A stretch of DNA of 63,136 nucleotides, the filler included, from Octopus bimaculoides (taxonomy: Eukaryota), in assembly GCF_001194135.2 (NCBI RefSeq). It is 7 parts of 6 records of this genome, joined end to end, with 100 filler letters (N's around TTAATTAATTAA, not from the genome) between each part and the next. Parts side by side here need not be neighbours in the genome. Positions count along the whole stretch, not along the records: positions 1 to 4,333 come from NC_068983.1; positions 4,434 to 25,880 come from NC_068987.1; 5 more parts are not named here. One strand, written 5' to 3'. Every line of letters starts with the position of its first letter. Within the stretch, counting starts at the first letter, position 1. Of this stretch, positions 1-11,640 are shown one piece after another. Made by a program: the position numbers and the translations under genes. A model generated the notes under the pieces. The model saw nothing but the letters and a program-made list of their open reading frames with translations. It had not been told where the DNA came from and searched no databases.

Positions 1-94
1 TGTGTGTGTGTGTATGTATGTGTGTGTGTGTGTGTATATATATATTTCTATATACATACATATATACATATATCTACATATATATATATAGATT

Positions 95-365
95 CTTTTA
101 TATTCTTTTACTTGTTTCAATCATTTGATTGTGGCCATGCTGAAGCACCGCGCTTTAATCGAACAAATCGACCCCATGACTTATTCTTTATCACCCTTGC
201 ACTTATTCTATCAGTTTCTTTTGCCGAACTGCTAATATACGGAATGTAAACACGCCAATAACATCGATTATCAATTGATGGTGGGAGGACAAATACAAAT
301 ACACAAATACACATACACACACAAACACACACACAAACACAAACACACACACACAAACACACACA

Positions 366-415
<50 letters not shown>

Positions 416-470
416 TATATATATATATTGGACGGGCTTCTCTCAGGTTCCGTCAATCGAATTCACTCAC
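95..470 (-). mobile_element. tRNA-derived SINE, family B (3' half, internal CA microsatellite and part of the 5' half)
   Basis: Reverse complement matches the repeat at 28690-28920, 40706-41135 and 58560-58750 (tail GGTGCT(C/T)CAGCATGGCCACA...TGAAACAAG; body TGTTTACATTCCGTA..TTAGCAGTTCGGCAAAAGAAACTGATAGAATAAG). Confidence 0.75.
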
Positions 471-472
471 AC

Positions 473-525
<53 letters not shown>

Positions 526-1039
526 TGTGTACGTGTGTATATATATGTTACATAGACATATCTATACATACATACTTACATATATACATTACTGTATGTC
601 GTGAACTTAACCATCTGCAATATTAAGGCCCAAATATTCTCTAACTTCACCGTACCCAGTCCCGAAATATACAGTTGTTACATCAACGACCGTATCGGCG
701 TGATCTTACTCACTTGTGAACGATTTACATTTTCCTATCTTTCACCGGATTTTGTTCAAAACGGGGGCACCAGTATTTTCTTAACGAAACATTTTGAAAC
801 TTGGGACACTGGTAGAATGTGTCATATAAAACATCTTTTTCTCTTAGTCTTCTTAACGTACATCGTACATCGCAAGTTATTTCATGTTAAAGTTGTCGTA
901 TTTCTGTAATTTCAACCAATGACTGACGTCCATTCAGCCGTAAGGATTAAGTGCTGACTACGTAAACAAACGATTCTCGCGGTGATAAAATTATTATTTC
1001 CTTGTCAAAAAATGGCTGAAGCATATTGGCAGTAGCTAA

Positions 1040-1097
1040 TAAACCTTTCTATTATAGGCACAAGGCATGGTTTTTGAGGGAAGGAGCAAGTCAATTA
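1040..1097 (-). mobile_element. 3' tail fragment of tRNA-derived SINE family A
   Basis: CTTTCTATTATAGGCACAAGGCATGG...AAGTCAATTA matches the tail of the minus-strand family A copies at 40282-40470 (CTTTCTACTATAGGCAAAAAGCCTG...AAGTCGAATA) and 16200-16420. Confidence 0.6.
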
Positions 1098-1130
1098 GGG
1101 TTAGGGTTAGGGTTAGGGTTAGGGTTAGGG
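1095..1130 (+). repeat. Interstitial telomeric repeat (TTAGGG)6
   Basis: Six perfect TTAGGG units read directly from the sequence. Confidence 0.95.
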
Positions 1131-2402
1131 AAAACGAACACACGTGTNNNNNNNNNNNNNNNNNNNNNNNNNNNNNNNNNNNNNNNNNNNNNNNNNNNNN
1201 NNNNNNNNNNNNNNNNNNNNNNNNNNNNNNNNNNNNNNNNNNNNNNNNNNNNNNNNNNNNNNNNNNNNNNNGTAGCCTCTGCAAAATGTCAGAAGTAATG
1301 GAGATTAAATACGCTTTACACCGCTTAAAGTGCCAAAGGAGTAAGTGTAAACAGCTGAATACTTGTCAGTGATTGGTTGAAATTATCGAAATAAGACAAT
1401 TTATTACATGAAATAAATCCGAATACAAAATTTTTTTCTGTTCTATAACACAAAATAGATAAGTATACGAAATTTGAAAGTCTTTCGGTACCAAAAACAC
1501 TACATAAAACATAAATGAAAACTGGTGCCCCCGTTTTGAACAAGATCCCCTTATCCTTTCACTGTATTTTCCTGCTGTCTCCAACAACTCTGTCAATTTT
1601 ATTGATATTTTCGTTATCATGCAGTACTCCTCTTTTACCACCTCCATCCACTAGAAGTTTACATATTCTCGCCTCCACTACTACTCCCACTCCACCCTAC
1701 TCAGCTACACTGTATATCTTTTATTCTTAGTTCGTCTGCCACCGCCGGCAGTGTAGTGACGATCATAACCTCGAGACAGTTTCAACTCACTTCTCGTCAT
1801 TTCACCCAACGAGGATACATTCCCATCCCCACTGTTACCCAAAAAGCCCTTGCTCATGCCCTGTTTATTGACCGTGCATTCATTCCCTCTCCCCGTGCAT
1901 GCACCATATCAAATCACCTCTCTTTCCCTACCTACCACCCTTCCACCGTATCACATATTTTTAGCTCACTCATATCTAACCACTCTACTTCCCACATCTT
2001 CACTAACTCACCCTTTCCCTCCTCAAACGTTCCCGCAAACTATGTGACCTTCTGCTCCGGAACGTCTAACCAATTCTTTTCACTTAACCTGGCTCCTAAC
2101 CCTTATTCTCACTTGGGCTGTTGTACCTGTCTTTTCCTCTCCAACACCACTATTCTCACCGTCCCCTAACCCATTCATCTGTACCCCCAGCAGTTTTATC
2201 TGCTCATCTGCCACCCCCCGTACATTGGCTAAATTGACCGGCGCCTAGTTGATCGTTTGCCAAACCTCTTTGATATATCAGACTTAGGAATAACATCCCG
2301 GTTTCACACTATATCCGTTTGTCTGGTCATTCCCTGTAATATGTTTGTGTTTGGACTGGCCTTTCACAGAGACCAACCGGATATCGCCTCCTTCGTGAAC
2401 AA

Positions 2403-2589
2403 TGTTTTATGTACATTATTTACATATGACGAATATTTGTCCTCATCTTGTTTGTTGTTAACACAAGGTCTCGGTTGAATAACCCCCCACCCACCCAGCC
2501 TTCATCAGGTGTCGTGAGGAAATTTCGAACTTGGGTTCTCATTCCTAAGGTATTTTTCGATGTTCTTCTTCTTCTTCTTCTTCTTCTTC

Positions 2590-2648
<59 letters not shown>

Positions 2649-3019
2649 TAGTTTTATTTTTATAACGTGCTTTCACTTCACTACCGAGCGCAGCTCTGTG
2701 CGCCTTGGGTATGTGCTGTGGTTNNNNNNNNNNNNNNNNNNNNNNNNNNNNNNNNNNNNNNNNNNNNNNNNNNNNNNNNNNNNNNNNNNNNNNNNNNNNN
2801 NNNNNNNNNNNNNNNNNNNNNNNNNNNNNNNNNNNNNNNNNNNNNNNNNNNNNNNNNNNNNNNNNNNNNNNNNNNNNNNNNNNNNNNNNNNNNNNNNNNN
2901 NNNNNNNNNNNNNNNNNNNNNNNNNNNNNNNNNNNNNNNNNNNNNNNNNNNNNNNNNNNNNNNNNNNNNNNNNNNNNNNNNNNNNNNNNNNNNNNNNNNN
3001 NNNNATATTATTATTATTA

Positions 3020-3057
<38 letters not shown>

Positions 3058-3209
3058 TATATTTCTGCTGAGCTACTTCAGTCCTCTATATGAAGAAAAA
3101 ATATTATTATCATTATTATTATTATTATTATTCAGGTCACTGCCTGGAATCGAATTCGGAATCTTGGGGTTAGTAGCCCGCGCTCTTAACCACTATGCCA
3201 TATGCCCGT
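2403..3209 (-). mobile_element. tRNA-headed SINE-like element with internal (AAT)n and a hammerhead-ribozyme tail, itself interrupted
   Basis: tRNA-like head at 3133-3209 with box A TGGCATAGTGGTTAAGAGCG and box B-like AATTCGATTCC, followed by (AAT)n. The tail at 2403-2553 carries GACAC-CTGATGA-AGGCTG..CAACC-GAGA-CCTT-GTGTT; the same tail occurs twice at 41311-41527. Confidence 0.65.
2646..2723 (-). mobile_element. Possible 3' end of an R4/Dong-type LINE inserted in an (AAT)n tract
   Basis: Unique sequence running directly into (AAT)n on the minus strand inside the SINE microsatellite, with the rest hidden by a gap. The assignment rests on recalled resemblance and the known TAA targeting of Dong; no coding sequence is visible. 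Confidence 0.3.
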
Positions 3210-4333
3210 TCCTGCTCTACATTTCAGTCCATAAGGTCTCAATTCTCCATCACTTTTCATCACACAGCCTCACACCGCATACCCCTAATCTTTTGTCTTC
3301 CCCACCTCCTGTACACCGACTCACCGCTTGTACAACGTTTAACTCATTACTTACAATACACACACACACACTATACTATGCCACAGAGGATAAATACACC
3401 TATGGCATGCACACACTGACGCGCACATGCACACTCGTTCCCACTCCAATCAATAACATCCAGACATGCACGCACACATATTCTCCCACTACACACACAC
3501 ACACCAACACCCACACGTCCACCTCCATCCCTACACGTACAGTAGCAAGTATATAGTCACGCACCCACAACTATCATCATTTAAGTCCTTTGTCATCCCT
3601 ATTCCACCTTACACTCCCATCAAGCCGACCCACATGCATCACCCTAAGCACAGATATTCGTCAGATATCCTCACATACACGCACACAAGTGCCATTACAC
3701 ATATATACGCACAAACACAGAACATATTCTTCATACACACACACTTTGTCCAACAGTTACATACATGCGCACCAACTCAAAAGAGGGACACACGCAGATG
3801 AGCTCACACATATACACACGCATACATACACATAATGTACGCGAACATAATAGTGTCACGCAAGAATACACATGCATGCACACGTGCCACTCGCACACCG
3901 TATATCCGCATACAATACCTTTTATGCATACACTCCTGCACACACAAGCACATACTCACACATCTGATAGACTCGCAATAGTCTCATACACACACATATG
4001 CTAGATACATTGTCACACACACACACACAAACACAAACACACACATAATTGCACGCTAACACATTTCTTCAATCACACGTTTTTTAGCACCCATACACAC
4101 GCGTGTCCCCATGCAAACACATACGAACGTTCACATAATCTTCATACTCGCACACGTGCCTGCCCACACGGATGTCACACAAATACTTGTTCATCCATAC
4201 ACACGTATGTACACGTACGTACGCACAGACACAGACACACACACACACACACATGCAGATATACACACACACACAGTCCTATGCACACACACACCTTTTC
4301 TAGCTCGCTGTTCTCTCCCTTGTCATATATATA

Positions 4334-4433
4334 NNNNNNNNNNNNNNNNNNNNNNNNNNNNNNNNNNNNNNNNNNNNTTAATTAATTAANNNNNNNNNNN
4401 NNNNNNNNNNNNNNNNNNNNNNNNNNNNNNNNN
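4334..4433. other. Artificial 100-bp assembly linker (N44-TTAATTAATTAA-N44)
   Basis: The identical 12-mer sits in N-runs at 4378, 25925, 30800, 52341, 58427 and 61135; it gives stop codons in all six frames. Confidence 0.95.
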
Positions 4434-4478
<45 letters not shown>

Positions 4479-4862
4479 ACACACGCAAATACACACACAC
4501 ACATACACACACATACGCATACATATACATATATTAATGTATGTACATGTTAATGCTTGGTTTTATGTTCAGGTAAAATAGAAGCAATATTACATTCAAC
4601 CGGTTACTCGGCACTTCTGTATAGTTCAAATTAATGTTTACACCAGAATATTGTTAAGAGCCACTTCCAATTTTCAGTAGTAGAATAAAAGGCCTAACTG
4701 GCCGAAACTTTGAAGTCATTAATATGCTAGTTTATGAGTAATAAGTATATGTATATACATCTATATCAACGTACGTATATAATATATATATATATATAAT
4801 TTTTTATTCAGAATTAGATAAAAAATCAAGACTGTGAAGATTTTAGAATATTTATAAAGAGG

Positions 4863-4912
4863 ACTTACATCTGTTTCCAGGATAATTATTATATCCCTTC
4901 ATCGGAGACGGT
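4863..4912 (-). ncRNA. Degenerate minimal type I hammerhead motif (Penelope-associated family)
   Basis: Minus strand reads GTCT-CCGATGA-AGGGATATAATAATTATCCTG-GAAA-CAGAT-GTA-AGTC, the same layout as 56963-57010 but with a U4>C core change and a broken palindrome. Confidence 0.5.
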
Positions 4913-4924
4913 GTCATATAAATT

Positions 4925-5070
4925 TCAATGTGATTTGGAGATTGCTACTCCGTTTGGCTCAAAGTATTGTTGCTGGGCTTGGAATGTGTCTACCTTCAAT
5001 TGCATGTTGTGGTCCTCAGTCCATCTATGTATGACATCTAGAAATTTTTGTAGAGGATACGCATCAGAAG
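4925..5070 (-). mobile_element. Degenerate CR1-group LINE fragment
   Basis: Translation LDVIHRWTEDHNMQLKVDTFQAQQQYFEPNGVAI resembles the WAEYNSMQF..FQ..Y..PQGITI segment of the CR1-group copy at 33120-33705. Confidence 0.3.
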
Positions 5071-5221
5071 GTCCCTTTATATATATATATAAATATCATG
5101 TATAAGAGGAGGTTTCAAATAATGGTGTAGCAGTTAACGGTGGAGCTCCAGCATGACTGCAGCTTTGAAACTGAAATATTTAAAATATATATATCTTCGA
5201 AACGCCAGTGTTATAATGGTG

Positions 5222-5395
5222 GCAGCTGATGAAGGAAATGTTCTCTGTGTTGCCGGTGTGTTTTTTGTACCTTGTTTATCATTCTGTCCATGTATTTTTG
5301 CAACGTCATGTACCCAGATATGCATCTATATACACATGTAGATGAAGGCATGTACATACATGTACATATATATGCATATACTCATATATTATATT
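5222..5395 (+). repeat. Dispersed repeat starting CTGATGAAGGAAA (possible Penelope terminal-repeat derivative)
   Basis: TTGCAACGTCATGTACCCAGATATGCATCTATATACAC..ATATATGCATATACTCAT recurs at 33745-33845, and more divergently on the minus strand at ~57950-58075. Confidence 0.55.
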
Positions 5396-5399
5396 ATAT

Positions 5400-5434
<35 letters not shown>

Positions 5435-7257
5435 NNNNNNNNNNNNNNNNNNNNNNNNNNNNNNNNNNNNNNNNNNNNNNNNNNNNNNNNNNNNNNNNNN
5501 NNNNNNNNNNNNNNNNNNNNNNNNNNNNNNNNNNNNNNNNNNNNNNNNNNNNNNNNNNNNNNNNNNNNNNNNNNNNNNNNNNNNNNNNNNNNNNNNNNNN
5601 NNNNNNNNNNNNNNNNNNNNNNNNNNNNNNNNNNNNNNNNNNNNNNNNNNNNNNNNNNNNNNNNNNNNNNNNNNNNNNNNNNNNNNNNNNNNNNNNNNNN
5701 NNNNNNNNNNNNNNNNNNNNNNNNNNNNNNNNNNNNNNNNNNNNNNNNNNNNNNNNNNNNNNNNNNNNNNNNNNNNNNNNNNNNNNNNNNNNNNNNNNNN
5801 NNNNNNNNNNNNNNNNNNNNNNNNNNNNNNNNNNNNNNNNNNNNNNNNNNNNNNNNNNNNNNNNNNNNNNNNNNNNNNNNNNNNNNNNNNNNNNNNNNNN
5901 NNNNNNNNNNNNNNNNNNNNNNNNNNNNNNNNNNNNNNNNNNNNNNNNNNNNTGTTACAGGCGAGAGAAAGAAAAGGAAAAGAAAATCAAAGAAAAACAA
6001 GTGATCGGAGAAAGAAAAAAAGGAAAAGAAGAAAAAGAAATAAAAGAAAAAGAAACAGAAAATTAGAAAGAGAAATTGAAAATAGGTATAGGTAGAGAGT
6101 AAGATGGTTTGGGGGTTAGTGTTCCTAGAACGTATCTAATGACTGTTAAACACTTCGTTCAGCCTGACAAATGCACACATATAAAGCGACATACACATCT
6201 ACATAAATGCAAATATACATACAATTACANNNNNNNNNNTTAGATTACCTGTATAAATTTACAATTACTTTGATAGGTAAACATTTGAACATGGCTTTGT
6301 TTCATTGGCCCTTTCAACTAGCGGCCTTTTCAATAACCAGTTGCATGAAATTACTATTGCAGCTTAAAATCATATTATTTTAAAAATCGGAGTAAAGCTT
6401 AAATCAAAAATTTCTTATGTAGAAGGAAAAAAGACCTGAACACGCAAGGTAAATAATTAATGTTAAAAAATACTAAATCAAAGATATTCCCGTCTAAAAG
6501 AATTTCACGCTAAAATACATTTACATTTAGCAATACATGCACATAACAAACAACCTATATATACATACATATATAGACAAATATAGGCAAAGCATAAATA
6601 TATACAAATGCATATATATGTATGCACGCACACACACGCACGCGCATATTACCTCCTGGTGTATGCTTATACAACTTGGTTGTTACAGGCGAGAGAAAGA
6701 AAAGGAAAAGAAAATCAAAGAAAAACAAGTGATCGGAGAAAGAAAAAAAGGAAAAGAAGAAAAAGAAATAAAAGAAAAAGAAACAGAAAATTAGAAAGAG
6801 AAATTGAAAATAGGTATAGGTAGAGAGTAAGATGGTTTGGGGGTTAGTGTTCCTAGAACGTATCTAATGACTGTTAAACACTTCGTTCAGCCTGACAAAT
6901 GCACACATATAAAGCGACATACACATCTACATAAATGCAAATATACATACAATTACACACAAGTAGACACGCATACAAAAATAGAAATAAATATATACGT
7001 TAATATATATATATATTCTTAAATATACTCAAATACCCAAAATTTCATGGAGTTCCTGCCTTAAAAACAGGAGCTAACCACAGTTATTTTGTGTTCTTTG
7101 CTACATTGGTTTCTATTAACCCATTTATTCTATATGAAGAATTTTTATTCATTAAGATAGAAGAAATACACATAATTATATATATANNNNNNNNNNNNNN
7201 NNNNNNNNNNNNNNNNNNNNNNNATATATATATATATATGTATATCTTCACATCAAG

Positions 7258-7288
<31 letters not shown>

Positions 7289-7639
7289 CACACCATAACG
7301 TATATAAGCATACAAACATTATATAAAATACTGTCTGGTATATAGAATGTTAAAATGAGGAAATTGTACAATAATTTAACATAACATAATTAAATGTAAT
7401 ATAAAAGAAATATAAAAATTTAAAATATAAAGTTGAATATATAAAAATGAGTGAAATTTGTAAAAAAAAAATGACCCTCGGCGAAATTTAAGCTTAAATT
7501 TGTAAAACAGTCGAAAGCCTTCTTAAAAGCCGGATGTGAAATATAAAACATGAAGTCGAAATATGTACTAGGAATATAATAGAAAAATAATTATAAATAA
7601 GGTGTAAAACCTAATTCAAATGTGACAGTCAACATTTTC

Positions 7640-8700
7640 CGAAAGTTAAAAAAATTTACCCATACGGTATGTTTTTCGGTTGAGACTTTAAACCACGCAG
7701 CGGGCGTGCAAGAATTTAAGAACTCGTGTCTCTGGATCAATGCATGTTTATCCTCGAAAAGGTTGAAGAACTTTTCTGAGAGGTAAAGATAACATTTCAT
7801 AGGTCTTCTGTAAGCTCCATGTCTGTATGATGATGTTTTTCCAAAATTACCCAGCTGATATTGAATGGACGGGTGTCATTCTCCTTCAATTTCCCCCCGA
7901 TATGTTTTGCAAGACTTGTTGCTGTCCTATTTTCGGGGTATCGGAAAGAATTCCGGTGGGAGTAAAAGCGAGTCTTGAATGAATTTTGCGAAGCCAGTAT
8001 ATAAGTTTTATATTCTTTCGAGCCATCTATTAGCACTTTTCCTCTATAAACAATTACTTTTTCAAGATATTTACTTTCTAACTGACAGCAAGTCTTATCT
8101 TTGAAATAGCAGCTCCTCAGATTAGATTCTGCACTGTGGTTGTTTGTATAATTTTTGTGTTATGTTGATTAACAAAAGAGGCGAAGTTTTTGCAAGAAGA
8201 ATAGCTAACCTTCAGTGTTCTATCAAAAATTCGATTGAAAATATTTAGAATCTAATTTTAAGAATTCCCTACCTATATTAGTTTTTGCGGCAATATCAAA
8301 TACCGGATTAAACCACAAAACTTTCCTACTTCTAGTTCTACGTGATCTATTATTGTTAGAATTAACTTGACTATACTGGATCTTCTCCGAGAATCCACTT
8401 TTCCTCAATGCATTATTATAATACGGGTCGGCATTGTGAAATGGCGTCTCATCTGAAGATATCGATGATATGCGCCTTTCTATATTACTAACTAGGTTCT
8501 TAAGAATTACGGGTGGATGATTTGATTCTTTACTAATATAACATAGCTTTTCATCGGGCTTGCGATTGGGTTTAGATTTATCTATTGCAAATCCAAGTCG
8601 ATGTCTAAAATATCTATGTTATTAAGGTTACGTTATATCGTAATCCGTAAGCACATTCTTTGGAGGAAAGTAATCAGATTCCTCCTAAGTTTATCTCACT
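7640..8700 (-). mobile_element. Penelope-like element fragment (RT thumb and GIY-YIG endonuclease), pseudogenised
   Basis: KPNRKPDEKLCYISKESNHPPVILKNLVSNIERRISSISS..YYNNALRKSGFS..RSRKVLWFNPVFDIAAKTNIGREFLKL, then YKTYILASQNSFKTRFYSHRNSF..TSLAKHI..ISWVILEK; contains frameshifts and stops. Confidence 0.85.
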
Positions 8701-9382
8701 CATGGCCGTTATATATATATATATATATNNNNNNNNNNNNNNNNNNNNNNNNNNNNNNNNNNNNNNNNNNNNNNNNNNNNNNNNNNNNNNNNNNNNNNNN
8801 NNNNNNNNNNNNNNNNNNNNNNNNNNNNNNNNNNNNNNNNNNNNNNNNNNNNNNNNNNNNNNNNNNNNNNNNNNNNNNNNNNNNNNNNNNNNNNNNNNNN
8901 NNNNNNNNNNNNNNNNNNNNNNNNNNNNNNNNNNNNNNNNNNNNNNNNNNNNNNNNNNNNNNNNNNNNNNNNNNNNNNNNNNNNNNNNNNNNNNNNNNNN
9001 NNNNNNNNNNNNNNNNNNNNNNNNNNNNNNNNNNNNNNNNNNNNNNNNNNNNNNNNNNNNNNNNNNNNNNNNNNNNNNNNNNNNNNNNNNNNNNNNNNNN
9101 NNNNNNNNNNNNNNNNNNNNNNNNNNNNNNNNNNNNNNNNNNNNNNNNNNNNNNNNNNNNNNNNNNNNNNNNNNNNNNNNNATCTTCAATGCATTGATTT
9201 TGAGCTCTATCCTTTAAGAGACATGTATACATTTATTTATTTATTTATTTATGTGTTTCAGCCAAGTGGCTGCGGTCATGCTGGTTGTGAGTTTTTGGCT
9301 AAGACTGTTAACAGATACTATATATTTTGTAAAATTTGTTTTATAAAAGTATATATTTAATATATATATGTATATATATATA

Positions 9383-9440
<58 letters not shown>

Positions 9441-9669
9441 AAATGATGACAGAGAGGGACAGGGAGAGACAGACAGACAAAGGAAGAAGAAGCATTATTT
9501 ATTCTCAAAGGAGTTATGACTGTCTTGAAACCTCATATTTTGATATATTCTGTTTACATCACCAAGTTATGGAAGAGTAAAGAATAGCTTTATATTTTGA
9601 CACTAGGTTAGCGTTCTTGATGCAGGCTGTTCTGGTTGATAGCATTGATCTCAACACAAGCAATTACTT

Positions 9670-9790
9670 GTTACTTCGTTTTATCTACTCGGAAGTGATT
9701 AAAGCGAACGTTGACTCGGGTGAAATTTGATCTCACAATGTTTGGCGTTTCATACGATTCTGCTAACGATTTTTATAATTCACCACCTTA
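9670..9790 (-). mobile_element. Highly degenerate SINE family A copy
   Basis: AAAGCGAACGTTGACTCGGGTGAAATTTGATCTCACAATG...ACGATTCTGCTAA is the inverse of the family A head/body motif. Confidence 0.4.
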
Positions 9791-11354
9791 CGCGAGAGTA
9801 AACGATGAATATTTGCATATGCTAATAAGTATTTGCTTGCTTGATATACATCAGGTTTTGTCGGAAGAAATTGGAAATTGAGCGTTTTTCCCTAACGTTA
9901 TGAAATATTCTTCTCGCCTATAAGATTTCAAATATTCATTCAAATGCACACACAGAGAAACATGCACAAAAACATAAATACACGCGCATATCCATGTGCA
10001 TGTGTCTGCATGTGTATGTGTTTGTGTGTACAACCCATAGCGATGAAAACGTCCTAAACTTGTTGAAGACTTTCAAAGAATTCCAAATGTAACTAGAATA
10101 AGTTTAGGTAAGGCATCAAATACGCAAAAAACATAACAAAAGTACCCTTTCAGTGTGTGTGCGTGTGTGTGTTTTTGCATCTGTGTATGTGAGTGTGTAT
10201 GTGTGTGTGTGCACACACACACACACACACATATATATGCACATACACACACACAAAGCACACAGATACATACATACATACATACATACATGTGTATGTT
10301 TCAACGTATGTACATGTATGGGGTTTTAGTGTTCTGAGAACATATAACATTATGGATGTATTTATGTTTGTGTATGAAGTCCTTGTTTATTATATTTTTT
10401 CCCCCACATTTCAGAAAATATGTATAAGAAGTGAAATAAAATTTATAGAAATGAAATGACAGAAATCAATAAAATTTCAACTAAACTGTTTATATTTTCT
10501 TAGTTATGTCCTACCAAACACAGATTGGACATAAGAAGAATGTATATTTCATTCGTTCGTGGATTGGCAAATGTTTTGAAACTGAATGAAGCACAGAAGA
10601 AATAGAAGAAATTGAATAAAGAAAAATTGAAGTAACACAAAAACTTAAATGAAAATTATAGCATTGAAAATAATATAATAAAAATGTGAGATATAAATGC
10701 AATTGCATACATTGATTGAAGTCTCACTAATAACAAGGCAAATCAAATAGAAGCCTACAAATAAATTGTGCCGAGGAAGAAGAATATAATTGAAATTCAA
10801 TTTATTGAAATCGTTTGACCCATTTTGTTTGCTATTCGGAATATCTATTAGATATAGAAATTGCATATTATATTAGAGCTCGTATGTCTTAATGTGTATG
10901 TCTGTACTTATGAATACATATATATATACATATGTGCATATATATACATATTTATATAGATATGTAGGTATCAATGTGTGTGTATGTGTTTGAACGCTAT
11001 AAGTATTCTATAAAACATAGATATTTGGATATGCATGTTTATAAAACTTCTTCATATGTGTACACATATGCATGCATTTAAATCTCTTTGAAGAATGTTA
11101 AGAAATTCACCACACATTTCAATACGTAACATATTTTCAACAATTTATCTGAAGAAAATATTTAAAAAAATAAAGCCAAGAATATAACCATTCGCATTCT
11201 ATCTATCTAAGTAAGGTAACATTCTCGATATGTTTGTATGTTATAATATATTCATGGATAAAGCACAGCACTGGTACGTTTATCCATTTAACTATCCTTA
11301 TGAATTCTTCCCTTCTTCCATGGACATGGCAATGCATATATGTATACATACATG

Positions 11355-11640
11355 CATAGAGACACACCTATATTTATTGGGGCCCTGGGATATATAACGC
11401 ATTGCCTAAATGCAAACGTTGAGAAGTTAGGCTTCTCAAAACCAGAAAGGAGAAAGCTAGTTCGAAGGCAACAGATCCAATCCATCACTGGAACTGTAAA
11501 AATGTGTAAAACTTTCCAGAAGTTTATCATTTAAATATATATGAGCGCCTCTAGATATGCAACTATATGCATAAAATAAATACATAAAACAAAACATACA
11601 AATCTGCACATATACATACGCATATATATGGATGTGTGTG
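11355..11640 (+). mobile_element. 3' end of an RLE-type LINE (R4/Dong or related clade): endonuclease C-terminus plus 3' UTR
   Basis: PIFIGALGYITHCLNANVEKLGFSKPERRKLVRRQQIQSITGTVKMCKTFQKFII* matches the PxxIGALG...LQ...GT terminus of restriction-like endonuclease LINEs; the UTR is shared with 49086-49320. Confidence 0.7.

Larger units (their letters stand above)
747..1548. mobile_element. Non-autonomous DNA transposon with ~35-bp TIRs (possibly PIF/Harbinger-like), containing a nested SINE fragment and TTAGGG repeats
   Basis: GGATTTTGTTCAAAACGGGGGCACCAGTATTTTC (747-780) is the near-perfect inverse of GAAAACTGGTGCCCCCGTTTTGAACAAGATCC (1517-1548). The right end is followed by CC-TTA, so a 3-bp TTA/TCA TSD is possible but uncertain. 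Confidence 0.7.
1760..3330 (+). mobile_element. Penelope-like element fragment (RT C-terminus and GIY-YIG), split at 2402/3210 by a nested insertion
   Basis: Degenerate translation FTQRGYIP..AHALFIDR..TYHP..CCTCLFLSNTT..YIG*IDRRL.DRL..SRFH..GYRLLREQ ends at ~2402 and resumes at ~3210 as ALHFSP*GLNSPSLF, the typical GIY-YIG C-terminus of Penelope elements. Confidence 0.65.

Noticed and set aside
1-604. ORFs of CV/HT/YI/LSIY dipeptide or tetrapeptide repeats here and throughout, and long X-filled ORFs
   Set aside because: They are translations of microsatellites and N gaps, with no coding evidence.
3133-3209. Possible genuine tRNA gene
   Set aside because: The acceptor and T stems are imperfect and it runs straight into (AAT)n, so it is a SINE head. 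No true tRNA, rRNA or CRISPR array was seen in the window.
5215-5320. Possible hammerhead with long stem II (GCAG-CTGATGA...GCAACGTC-ATGTACC)
   Set aside because: The GAAA core reads GCAA in both comparable copies and no stem II can be drawn; kept only as a dispersed repeat.
5953-6957. Identical 277-bp duplication (5953-6229 and 6681-6957) giving Lys/Glu-rich ORF ends
   Set aside because: The copies are 100% identical and the first is bounded by gaps on both sides; most likely a contig-overlap artefact. The KE-rich translation is just purine-rich low complexity.
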